This document shows, piece after piece, positions 31,249 to 39,763 of a stretch of 64,000 bases of DNA. Position 1 is the first letter of the stretch. Every line of letters begins with the position of its first letter. The stretch is taken from positions 1-64,000 of IMG/VR virus record IMGVR_UViG_3300030060_007423. The stretch is one strand, 5' to 3'. This DNA is from a virus. Under the pieces are notes generated by a model, which ran no database searches, had not been told where the DNA came from, and saw only the letters and a program-made list of their open reading frames with translations. The translations under genes and the position numbers were made by a program.

Positions 31249-32172
31249 ATGAGCAGTATGGACCCAGATTATCCTGGAGCACAGGGGAAACCAAAAACTG
31301 AAGTTTCAAATACAGAATTGAAACAACAACTCAAAGAACAATACCAAGAAAAGAAGCAAGTAGAAAAGACGTCAACAAAAGTTGACCCAGTTAATTTTCC
31401 AACGGAAATAATTGAGCTTCCTAGTAAAGGTTTAGTTTACACAAAAGATAACCCATTATCATCAGGTTTAATTGAAATGAAATATATGACAGCGAGAGAG
31501 GAAGATATTCTAACTACTCAGTCATATATTAAACAAGGAATTGTACTTGATAAATTATTTCAAGAATTGATTATAAGTAATGGTGAAGGTTTAGCTATTA
31601 ACTACAATGATTTAGTTGTAGGTGATAAAAATGCAATTATGGTTGCAGCAAGAGTATTAGGATATGGTAAAGATTATACTATCGAAATCATAGACCCAAC
31701 AGATGATGCTGGTAAAAAGCAAGAACAAACATTTGATATATCTAATTTACCAGATAAAGAAATTGCAGATATAATTCATGAAAATCCACATGTAGGAGAA
31801 TACCCATTTACACTTCCAAAGGCAGGAAAGAAAATTAAGGTACAGTTAATTACTCATGGTGAAGAAAAGAAGTTAGAGCGTAAAGTTGCAGGTATTAAGA
31901 AAAGGTCTAAAGGCCAAGATGCAACAAATAGAATGTTGAGTACTCGATTAAAGACATTAATTGTAGAAGTAGACGGTGAAAGAAACGTACCTTATATTAA
32001 TAAGTTTGTCGATGAAATGTTACTTGCTCAAGACGCCCGAGCAGTTAGAACGTTTATAGGTGACATTATGCCAGATGTGGATATGTCATTTAAGTTTATC
32101 AGCGATGAAACTGGCGAGGAGAGGGAGATGGAGATACCGATTGGTATCACGTTTTTTTGGCCTGACGCCTAA
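31249..32172 (+). CDS. Tail assembly chaperone / baseplate hub assembly protein (gp26-like)
   Basis: IELPSKG.VY, MTAREEDIL, FFWP end; between tube and tape measure. Confidence 0.75.
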   Translation: MSSMDPDYPGAQGKPKTEVSNTELKQQLKEQYQEKKQVEKTSTKVDPVNFPTEIIELPSKGLVYTKDNPLSSGLIEMKYMTAREEDILTTQSYIKQGIVLDKLFQELIISNGEGLAINYNDLVVGDKNAIMVAARVLGYGKDYTIEIIDPTDDAGKKQEQTFDISNLPDKEIADIIHENPHVGEYPFTLPKAGKKIKVQLITHGEEKKLERKVAGIKKRSKGQDATNRMLSTRLKTLIVEVDGERNVPYINKFVDEMLLAQDARAVRTFIGDIMPDVDMSFKFISDETGEEREMEIPIGITFFWPDA

Positions 32173-32428
32173 GGATAAACCATTACTTCATAAGGCTATA
32201 TTTCAACTTGTATTTTTTGGGGGTGAAACTGGTGCAGGTTTTTCATGGGATGTAGTTTATAATTTACCAATATGGTTAAGAAATTTTTATTCTGATGAAG
32301 TAGAGGCATGGTTCCGAAGAAAGAACGAAGCTTCAACTGACCGGAACTTTAATAAGAACAACAAAGACAAAAATAATAAAACATCTGGAGTTGTTAATCC
32401 CCCATCATTTGGTACCGGAGGCCGCTAA
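32153..32428 (+). CDS. Frameshift-accessed extension of the tail chaperone (gpGT/gp51-like)
   Basis: Open +1 frame from the T7 run with no Met; contains YNLPIWLRNFY. Confidence 0.65.
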   Translation, partial: FFGLTPKDKPLLHKAIFQLVFFGGETGAGFSWDVVYNLPIWLRNFYSDEVEAWFRRKNEASTDRNFNKNNKDKNNKTSGVVNPPSFGTGGR

Positions 32429-32445
32429 TTTTTAGCGGCTTCTTG
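32417..32445 (+). terminator. Hairpin/terminator at the end of the chaperone extension
   Basis: GGAGGCCGCTAA / TTAGCGGCTTCT. Confidence 0.7.
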
Positions 32446-32490
32446 ATATTTATAATTGAGTATAAATACCACTAATAGAGGAGAATTTAC

Positions 32491-32700
32491 ATGATTGGTA
32501 AAGCACTAGGACGATTCATAGCATTCATTGCAGGAGCAGGTCCATATAAAGAACTTAAAAATATTGTAAAAGACAATCCAGAATTCGCAAACGAATATCG
32601 TTCAATAAGATCCGATTTAGATAGAGACATTGCAGAGGCAGAAGCTTTATTAAAAAAGATACAAAAGAAAACTGGTAAAAAAATAAAATCAATTAAGTAA
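32491..32700 (+). CDS. Hypothetical small protein
   Basis: GAGGAG SD; late motif at 32446. Confidence 0.7.
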   Translation: MIGKALGRFIAFIAGAGPYKELKNIVKDNPEFANEYRSIRSDLDRDIAEAEALLKKIQKKTGKKIKSIK

Positions 32701-32726
32701 CAATTATTTCAACAATAGGTTAACCA

Positions 32727-35700
32727 ATGGCTACACAAAAAAACATAGATAGTCTTCGTGAGCAAAGCGAGATAATGGATGGGTTAGTTTCTAAACAAGA
32801 GAAGCTATCACAACTATATTCTAAACAGCAAACAGCTTATGAGGAAATGGACAAGCGAACAACTGAAGCAAAAAACTTGTCTAAAGTTCTTGTGATGAAT
32901 AAAGCCAAAGAGGTTAAACACCAGGAAAAATTAAATAATTTTGCAGACAAATACGAAAAGACCTTAAAGAAAGTTGAGCGTGCACAACAAAGAATGAATA
33001 TGAATATTGATAAAGTATCTGGAAAATTTGCAGATATGGCAAGAAATGTTCCGTTCATTGGTGATAACCTTGCACAGAGTATTGAAGATGGTGCAGAAGA
33101 TGCTAAAAAGGCAATGGGATCATTCTTTGATAAATCAATGACTCAACAAGAAAGAATGAAAAAAGGTTTTAAGGGAATGGGTAGCGTTGTTAAGATGGTA
33201 TTTGGTGGTTTAATAATGGCCGCTATAGGTGGAATCTTTTCATTTATCTTTCAACAAATCCAACGTGCACGTGACTTAATGTATGAAATAGACTCAGCAG
33301 CAACTGGTGTTCAACGAAGTCTAAAGTTAAGTGGAAAGGGTGTTGCTAATTTAACAAGAGGTTTAAGTGGTGTAAAATATTACGGTGATGCATTTGCTTC
33401 ATCAATGACGGCTGTACAAGAGTCAATGGGATTCCTTCCACAACTTACAGCTAAAGAAGCCAACCTAATGGCTAGGTTAAATAAAAACATGGGTCTTGGT
33501 GCTGACACAATAGCATCCATGTATAAAAATGCCAGCAGAATGAATATGTCATTTGACAAGTATGCTGACCATGTTGATAGAACAACCAAAATGCTCAATG
33601 AGCAAATGGGCACTAACTTTACAATTGCAGAAATACAAGAAGAGATTGCAAAGGCTGGTGATGATGTACTTGCAATGTACCAAAAAGAAAATGGCGAACT
33701 TGAAAAACAAGTAATGCTTGGTAAAAAGATTGGTCTTAACCTATCACAACAAGCTAAAATGGCTAGAGGTTTACTTGATATTGAATCTTCACTTGAGGCT
33801 CAAATGGAAGCCCAAATGTTGACGGGTAAACAACTTAATTTTGATAAAGCAAGACAGTTGGCATTAGAAGGTGATACTGCCGGTGCAAGTAAAGCAATAC
33901 TTGACCAAGTAGGTGGTGTAGCAGAATTCAACAAAATGAATATTCTACAGAAAGAAGCAATTGCAAAGGCTGCAGGATTAGAAGTTGGTGAACTTGAAAA
34001 ATCACTAGAGACACGAGAAAAAATAGCAGCTGGTGACCAAATGGCTGGAGATACTGGTACATTAGCACAAGGTGCAGGAAATGTAAGTGCAAGTGAAGCT
34101 AAAGAAATGAGAGAAGATGCAATTGCAAGTCAATTCTCAGGTATAGCAGAAAAGATTGAAAATATTAAAAAGAACATTCAAAATTTTGTTCTTAAACATT
34201 TACCAACAGTTATTGATTTTTTAGAGAAAAATGGTGGAACACTTCTTAAAGTTGCAGGTGTTTTAACTGGTGCATACATATTAAAGAAAGCATTTAATTC
34301 ATTAAAGGTATTGTTTGGAGGAAGAAGTAACTTTTTTGAAAAAGGTACAATGATGAATCCAATGGTTACTGCACCAATTGGTGGAAGTGGCGGTGGTGGA
34401 GGTGACTTCACTGATATGATAAGAGGTGCAAAGAAAGGTGATATATTCAAATATCTTAAAAAAGGATTTAGTCCAAAAAATATTACAAGAACTCTTAATC
34501 GTGGTATTATAAAGGGATTTGGTAAAAGTGGATTCAAAACACTAGCTAGGTTAGGTGGTGGTAGTGCAATAAAGGCATTAAGTGGAGCAGCAGGTCTTAT
34601 AACAACTGGTGTAATGGTTGCAAAAGATTTAAGTGACGCATCAACATCAAGAAGTGGTCGTCAAAGAGGAGCTGCAAATACTGGTGCTGCAGGAGCTGCA
34701 ACAGGTGCTGCACTAGGAGCTGCTATTGGTAGTGTAATTCCAGGTGTTGGTACATTACTTGGTGCTGGTGTTGGTGCAGGTATAGGATACTTAACTGGTA
34801 AAATTATAGGTAGTAGTGATGCATTTGCAAATAGTTTTGATAAAGCATCAGAAAAATTAGATGCAGCGTTTAAGGCAAGAACAGATATAGAAGATAGACT
34901 AATTGGTCAATATGGAGAAATACCTCCACACGTACAAGAACTAATGAATAGTTTAGATGAGGCATCCAATGCAAATATGGAAGCAGTTTATGCACAAGAC
35001 AATGCACTGTCACAACAACAAGCTGCTATGGAAGAGGCCTCTGGATTTTTTAATGATAATGAATCCCAAATTATTGGCGCAATGTTTCCACCAGAAATAG
35101 CTGAACGTGTAGAAAGACAAGCACAAAACTTTATTGATGATGGTGGTGGAACAATGGCAGAATTCTTTGATGAGTTCCCTCACTACAAAAAACAAATGTA
35201 CGACTTGTATACTTCAGGTGTTGAAGATGCTGAAATGAAACAAAGTATAATCAACAAGTTAGATGAACAAATGCAAGATGATTTTTCTAGTATGAGACAG
35301 TTTGGTAATCGTCTACAAGATGTAAGTTCAGAAGTTGGTAGTTTTTCACAAGCATGGATGATGGAAGTAATGGCATCTGATGAACGTGTAAAGAATAAAG
35401 CAATTGACTTACAACAAGAACTATATGATGAAATAGGTGGATTTGAAAATGCAACTGCACAACAAAAGAAAGACATCAATAAAAAAGTAGAAGCAGAAAT
35501 GAAAGTCTTTAGACAGGAAGAAGAGAAAAAGTTAAATGCAACCAAGCTTGAGATGGAGGAAGACTATGGTAAAACATGGTGGGGTAGAATGGGAGACTTT
35601 GCATCTGAAAAGTGGGCGGCAGCAGCTGAATGGGCAAAGGGTGCATGGGATTCAATATCAGGTTGGGCCAGTGGAGTTTGGGATAGTGTATCAACTTGGG

Positions 35701-36590
35701 CCAGCGGTGCATGGGAATCTACTAAAAACTTTGCAAGTAATGCATGGGAAAAAACAAAAGGATTTGCAAGTAGTGCTTGGGAAAATACTAAAACATTTGC
35801 AAGCAATACTTGGAATTCAATTGGAGACATGGCAAGTAGTGTATGGTCAAGTATAAGTAGTTTTGCTGGTGGAGTATGGGATTCTATAACAGGTTTTGCA
35901 AGTGACTGTTGGGATGGCATATCTGGTGTTGCAACTGATGTATGGGATAGTGTATCAGGAACAGCAACAGAAGTATGGGATAGTGTATCAGGAACAGCTA
36001 CCGCTGCATGGGATGGAATTCAAAATGCAGGAACGGCAGTATATAATGCAATGCCGGAATCTTGGCAAAATTCATTAGATAGTATAGTTAGTAAAGCTGG
36101 TGATATGTGGGATAGTGTAAAAGGAATGGCAAGTGGAGTTTGGGACAGTGTATCAGGTTGGGCTGAAGGAGCATTTGACAAAGCTAAGAGTTTAGTAAGT
36201 AATGCCTGGGAAGGTGCAAAGGATGTTGGTAGTTCTATTATTGATACATTAGTTTTCTGGGATGATGGTATTATCACAAGTGATGGTACAATGATACAAA
36301 CAGACCCGGCAGATTATATTATGGCAACCAAAAATCCATTTAAGAGTTTTGCACAAGGTATTGCTGGTGGAGCTGGAAAAGTATTTGACGCTGTTGGTAG
36401 TATATTTGGTGATGAATCAGAAAAAGAAGATGAACGTGAAAAGGATAGAAATAGACAACATGCAGAATTAATGGGTGCACTACACGCACTTATCAGAGTA
36501 ACCAAAGAAGGAACTGTAACATTAAATATGGACGGTAAAAAAGTTGGTGAAACTGTTCATGCATCATTAGCACCTAGAGGAGTAGTATAA
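32727..36590 (+). CDS. Tape measure protein
   Basis: 1287 aa helical, glycine-zipper hydrophobic segments, 11-residue Trp periodicity; follows the chaperone. Confidence 0.9.
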   Translation: MATQKNIDSLREQSEIMDGLVSKQEKLSQLYSKQQTAYEEMDKRTTEAKNLSKVLVMNKAKEVKHQEKLNNFADKYEKTLKKVERAQQRMNMNIDKVSGKFADMARNVPFIGDNLAQSIEDGAEDAKKAMGSFFDKSMTQQERMKKGFKGMGSVVKMVFGGLIMAAIGGIFSFIFQQIQRARDLMYEIDSAATGVQRSLKLSGKGVANLTRGLSGVKYYGDAFASSMTAVQESMGFLPQLTAKEANLMARLNKNMGLGADTIASMYKNASRMNMSFDKYADHVDRTTKMLNEQMGTNFTIAEIQEEIAKAGDDVLAMYQKENGELEKQVMLGKKIGLNLSQQAKMARGLLDIESSLEAQMEAQMLTGKQLNFDKARQLALEGDTAGASKAILDQVGGVAEFNKMNILQKEAIAKAAGLEVGELEKSLETREKIAAGDQMAGDTGTLAQGAGNVSASEAKEMREDAIASQFSGIAEKIENIKKNIQNFVLKHLPTVIDFLEKNGGTLLKVAGVLTGAYILKKAFNSLKVLFGGRSNFFEKGTMMNPMVTAPIGGSGGGGGDFTDMIRGAKKGDIFKYLKKGFSPKNITRTLNRGIIKGFGKSGFKTLARLGGGSAIKALSGAAGLITTGVMVAKDLSDASTSRSGRQRGAANTGAAGAATGAALGAAIGSVIPGVGTLLGAGVGAGIGYLTGKIIGSSDAFANSFDKASEKLDAAFKARTDIEDRLIGQYGEIPPHVQELMNSLDEASNANMEAVYAQDNALSQQQAAMEEASGFFNDNESQIIGAMFPPEIAERVERQAQNFIDDGGGTMAEFFDEFPHYKKQMYDLYTSGVEDAEMKQSIINKLDEQMQDDFSSMRQFGNRLQDVSSEVGSFSQAWMMEVMASDERVKNKAIDLQQELYDEIGGFENATAQQKKDINKKVEAEMKVFRQEEEKKLNATKLEMEEDYGKTWWGRMGDFASEKWAAAAEWAKGAWDSISGWASGVWDSVSTWASGAWESTKNFASNAWEKTKGFASSAWENTKTFASNTWNSIGDMASSVWSSISSFAGGVWDSITGFASDCWDGISGVATDVWDSVSGTATEVWDSVSGTATAAWDGIQNAGTAVYNAMPESWQNSLDSIVSKAGDMWDSVKGMASGVWDSVSGWAEGAFDKAKSLVSNAWEGAKDVGSSIIDTLVFWDDGIITSDGTMIQTDPADYIMATKNPFKSFAQGIAGGAGKVFDAVGSIFGDESEKEDEREKDRNRQHAELMGALHALIRVTKEGTVTLNMDGKKVGETVHASLAPRGVV

Positions 36591-39445
36591 TGCCAGTACC
36601 AACTAATACAAATCTTAAAGCATGGTATGAATCAAATGGAACATCACTACATAATGTTTCAGGAACGCCAACACCACCAACTACTTATCAGTTAGATGGT
36701 CAAACCTATGGTGACATTCATGGAGAAAAAGGAGACACATCTCCAGGTACAGGTATTGAGGAAACAAATGTTGATAACACAAATACATCTGTAACTTCAA
36801 ATGAGTTTACACCACAGTTTGATAGTATTACAAAATATAAAGATGTACACGGTGAAAAAGCTGATATAAATCCAGGAACAGGTATTGAAGAAACAAATTA
36901 TATTAATACTCAAACAAATGTTATATCATCAGAGTTTCTTCCACAATACAATCAGTTATTAAAATATTCTACTATTAATGGTGAATACATGGATCTTGAC
37001 CCAGGTGTTGGTATTGATGCACACGACCAAAGTGTAACTACAACAAATACTTCAGACCCAGCATTTACACCACAGTTTGATGCATCAAGTAAATATAAAG
37101 ATGTCAATGGCGAATTTGGTGATACAAATGTTGGTGCAGGTATTGAGGCACATGACCAAGGTGTAACTACAACAAACCAAGATGGTACAGATTATGGGTT
37201 TACACAAATATATCAAATAGGTGGTGATAAATATCGTGACATACATGGACAATATATTGATATATCCCCAGATGAAGGTATTCAAGAAAGTGGAATAATA
37301 GGTGCAAACGACGGGATTGGTAGTACAGGTACAAATATATCAGGGCTAGGAGCGGCTCAAACACCAAATACAATATGGGATAACGTTACAACATATAGCT
37401 CAGTAAATGGAACTTATGGCGACACACCAGCACCTGGTGATAGTATACTTTCAAGTGGACCAAACAACCCGTTTACTGGAAACTTAACACTTACAAATAT
37501 AGTTTCTGAAAATACGTCACAGTTTTTTAATTTTTCGCCAGCATATGAACAAACTTCACAATATAATGCAACTGTACCTATTCGTGCAGGAAGCGATGTA
37601 TCACCACTAGCAGTAAAATCACAACAATCATCTACTGAAGGTGGAACACTATATTTAACAAATCCAGGTACTGATAATGCATTATCATCAATGGACCATG
37701 TAAATTACTATAAAGGTACAAATCCAATATCAACATTTAGTAAAGAATTATTTGGCGCATCTGGTGGAAATAGATATGATGAAAAAGTTTTACTTGGTAG
37801 CAATGACCCAGATAATAGCCCTCTTGCAAAATACGCAATGTTAGAGGAATCGGATAGTGCACTAAAAACACAATACTTAAAGTTTAATTTAAGAAAGGAT
37901 TCTCCAAATAAATTTTCTTGGGGTGCAATAACAGACCAACCATATATTCTTAGAGGTATACAAAGAAGTGGCGGAGCTTTTCCTGATGGTGAGCCTGAAC
38001 CACAAACTTGGGGATTTGGATTAGCCGATGCAGACAAAGTTCCTGCAGGACTTGGTGATATAGCTGCACTTGTTGAAAGATTTGTATTTGATATTATAAG
38101 AGTTGGTAAATTTGCAATAAGTCCAAATGGTATATTTTGGTTAGATAAATTATTTGGAATACAGAGTTTATTACTATCAAGGTCTCTAGGTTCTAGGATA
38201 ACTAGAAAAGAAAATAATATGTTGGCTATGAGTGAAATTGAGGCTGAAGTAGATGACCCTTCTGGTGATATAATGGCAAAGGCAACAAAAAATGCAACAT
38301 CAGATAGAACGCCAAATTGGCAAACCCTTACATACATGCAAATTCTTAAGGCAAGAATTAAAAGAAAGGGTGGTAAGTCAATACATGCAATTGACTTTAG
38401 GGCTATAAAAGGAATATTTGGTAGAACACGTGGACGTGACCCAGGATTAGGTAAAAACTTTTATATGAAAAATAGTTTAGAGGCAAAACTTGGATACCCA
38501 AATTCTGGCCAGTTCAATGTTGATAGGACAAAACCATTTGCATTACATGATAATGATTATGTTGGAAATATACATGATAAAATAAACATGTTAATGACAG
38601 GTGATCAACCTGCTGAAGGTGCAGGACAATTGATTAAGTTTAACTTTCATGGAATCCAAGCAGCCCAAAATGATGAAGGTACAGCTGCACCAGTATCAAA
38701 GCAAGTAGATGCAATGTATTTTCGTGAATCAATAACAGGATTGACTGATGCGTTTGTACCAACATATGTTCCTATAAATTATATTGGTCGTTCTAGTGGT
38801 GGAATGATATATCAAAATACCGTTAGAAATATTGGATTTAATTTTGAAGTATATGCAAATAGTAAAAATGAAATGGCACCTATGTGGAATAAATTAAACA
38901 CATTAGCTTCATATACATATCCACACTTTTTTAATTCAATTCCAAATGGACAAGGAATGCCTGGTGCACCAATTATGACATTAACAGTTGGTGATTTATA
39001 TGTAGACTTGCCTGGCGTATTAACAACATTCAATATTACATTTCCAGATAATGCAATGTGGGACATATATGGTGGTGGAGTTGAACCTGAATATGAAAAT
39101 AGAAAAGGTGTAAAGTTAACACCACTAAACAATGGCGATTACTGGCAACTTCCTAGACATTGCTCTATCAATGTAGGCTTTGCAGTTATTAATCATGAAT
39201 TTGAACAAGCTGGCAAAATGAATCTATTTGGTCCGCCTAGAACTGTTCAAGCAGACGGTTCAGTAGACCTTAAAACTGGATTGCCATATCTTAATAATAA
39301 TTATCCGGCATTTTCTGACCCTACTTACAATAAAGAAGTTGAAACTCCAGGAATGAACTTAATGAAAGACTTAGTTCCTGACTTAGATACTCAACAAGAT
39401 CCAGGACAAGATGATGATAGTGTAATTGGTGGACTTGCAGGATAG
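36590..39445 (+). CDS. Baseplate tube-initiator-like protein (gp48/gp54-like C-terminus) with N-terminal ~43-aa repeats
   Basis: C-terminal YIGR...Y.NTVRNIGFNF...LTVGDLY tube-fold pattern; synteny. Confidence 0.6.
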   Translation: MPVPTNTNLKAWYESNGTSLHNVSGTPTPPTTYQLDGQTYGDIHGEKGDTSPGTGIEETNVDNTNTSVTSNEFTPQFDSITKYKDVHGEKADINPGTGIEETNYINTQTNVISSEFLPQYNQLLKYSTINGEYMDLDPGVGIDAHDQSVTTTNTSDPAFTPQFDASSKYKDVNGEFGDTNVGAGIEAHDQGVTTTNQDGTDYGFTQIYQIGGDKYRDIHGQYIDISPDEGIQESGIIGANDGIGSTGTNISGLGAAQTPNTIWDNVTTYSSVNGTYGDTPAPGDSILSSGPNNPFTGNLTLTNIVSENTSQFFNFSPAYEQTSQYNATVPIRAGSDVSPLAVKSQQSSTEGGTLYLTNPGTDNALSSMDHVNYYKGTNPISTFSKELFGASGGNRYDEKVLLGSNDPDNSPLAKYAMLEESDSALKTQYLKFNLRKDSPNKFSWGAITDQPYILRGIQRSGGAFPDGEPEPQTWGFGLADADKVPAGLGDIAALVERFVFDIIRVGKFAISPNGIFWLDKLFGIQSLLLSRSLGSRITRKENNMLAMSEIEAEVDDPSGDIMAKATKNATSDRTPNWQTLTYMQILKARIKRKGGKSIHAIDFRAIKGIFGRTRGRDPGLGKNFYMKNSLEAKLGYPNSGQFNVDRTKPFALHDNDYVGNIHDKINMLMTGDQPAEGAGQLIKFNFHGIQAAQNDEGTAAPVSKQVDAMYFRESITGLTDAFVPTYVPINYIGRSSGGMIYQNTVRNIGFNFEVYANSKNEMAPMWNKLNTLASYTYPHFFNSIPNGQGMPGAPIMTLTVGDLYVDLPGVLTTFNITFPDNAMWDIYGGGVEPEYENRKGVKLTPLNNGDYWQLPRHCSINVGFAVINHEFEQAGKMNLFGPPRTVQADGSVDLKTGLPYLNNNYPAFSDPTYNKEVETPGMNLMKDLVPDLDTQQDPGQDDDSVIGGLAG

Positions 39446-39456
39446 GAGGATAGATA

Positions 39457-39756
39457 ATGAATAGAGGACAATTTACAAATAAACATATTAAAGATGGAAA
39501 GATGAGGTATAATCAAACACTATTGTCAACTATACCTAAAAATCCAAATGATATTTATGTCATTACAGTTGTTGGAGATAGACTAGATTTAATATCTAAT
39601 ACATATTATGGTTCACCTAATTTTTGGTGGATTATTGCAGCAGCAAATAATGTTGGACTTGGAACAACTGCTGTTGCTGGAGGAATACAATTAAGAATAC
39701 CTGCGGAGACAGGTGCATTAGCTACATTAATGGAAAGATTACAACAAAGAGGATAA
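39457..39756 (+). CDS. Baseplate LysM/gp53-like protein
   Basis: GDRLDLIS..YYG...WWIIA.AN...G.QLRIP. Confidence 0.85.
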   Translation: MNRGQFTNKHIKDGKMRYNQTLLSTIPKNPNDIYVITVVGDRLDLISNTYYGSPNFWWIIAAANNVGLGTTAVAGGIQLRIPAETGALATLMERLQQRG

Positions 39757-39763
39757 ATAAGTT

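Noticed and set aside
32060-32152. Independent start for the 32060-32428 ORF
   Set aside because: Lies inside the chaperone gene, no SD, and the N-terminal sequence looks like off-frame translation; frameshift entry fits better
1635-37440. CRISPR array or diversity-generating retroelement among the repeats
   Set aside because: Repeats are in-frame coding and degenerate; no reverse transcriptase or adenine-specific TR/VR pair seen
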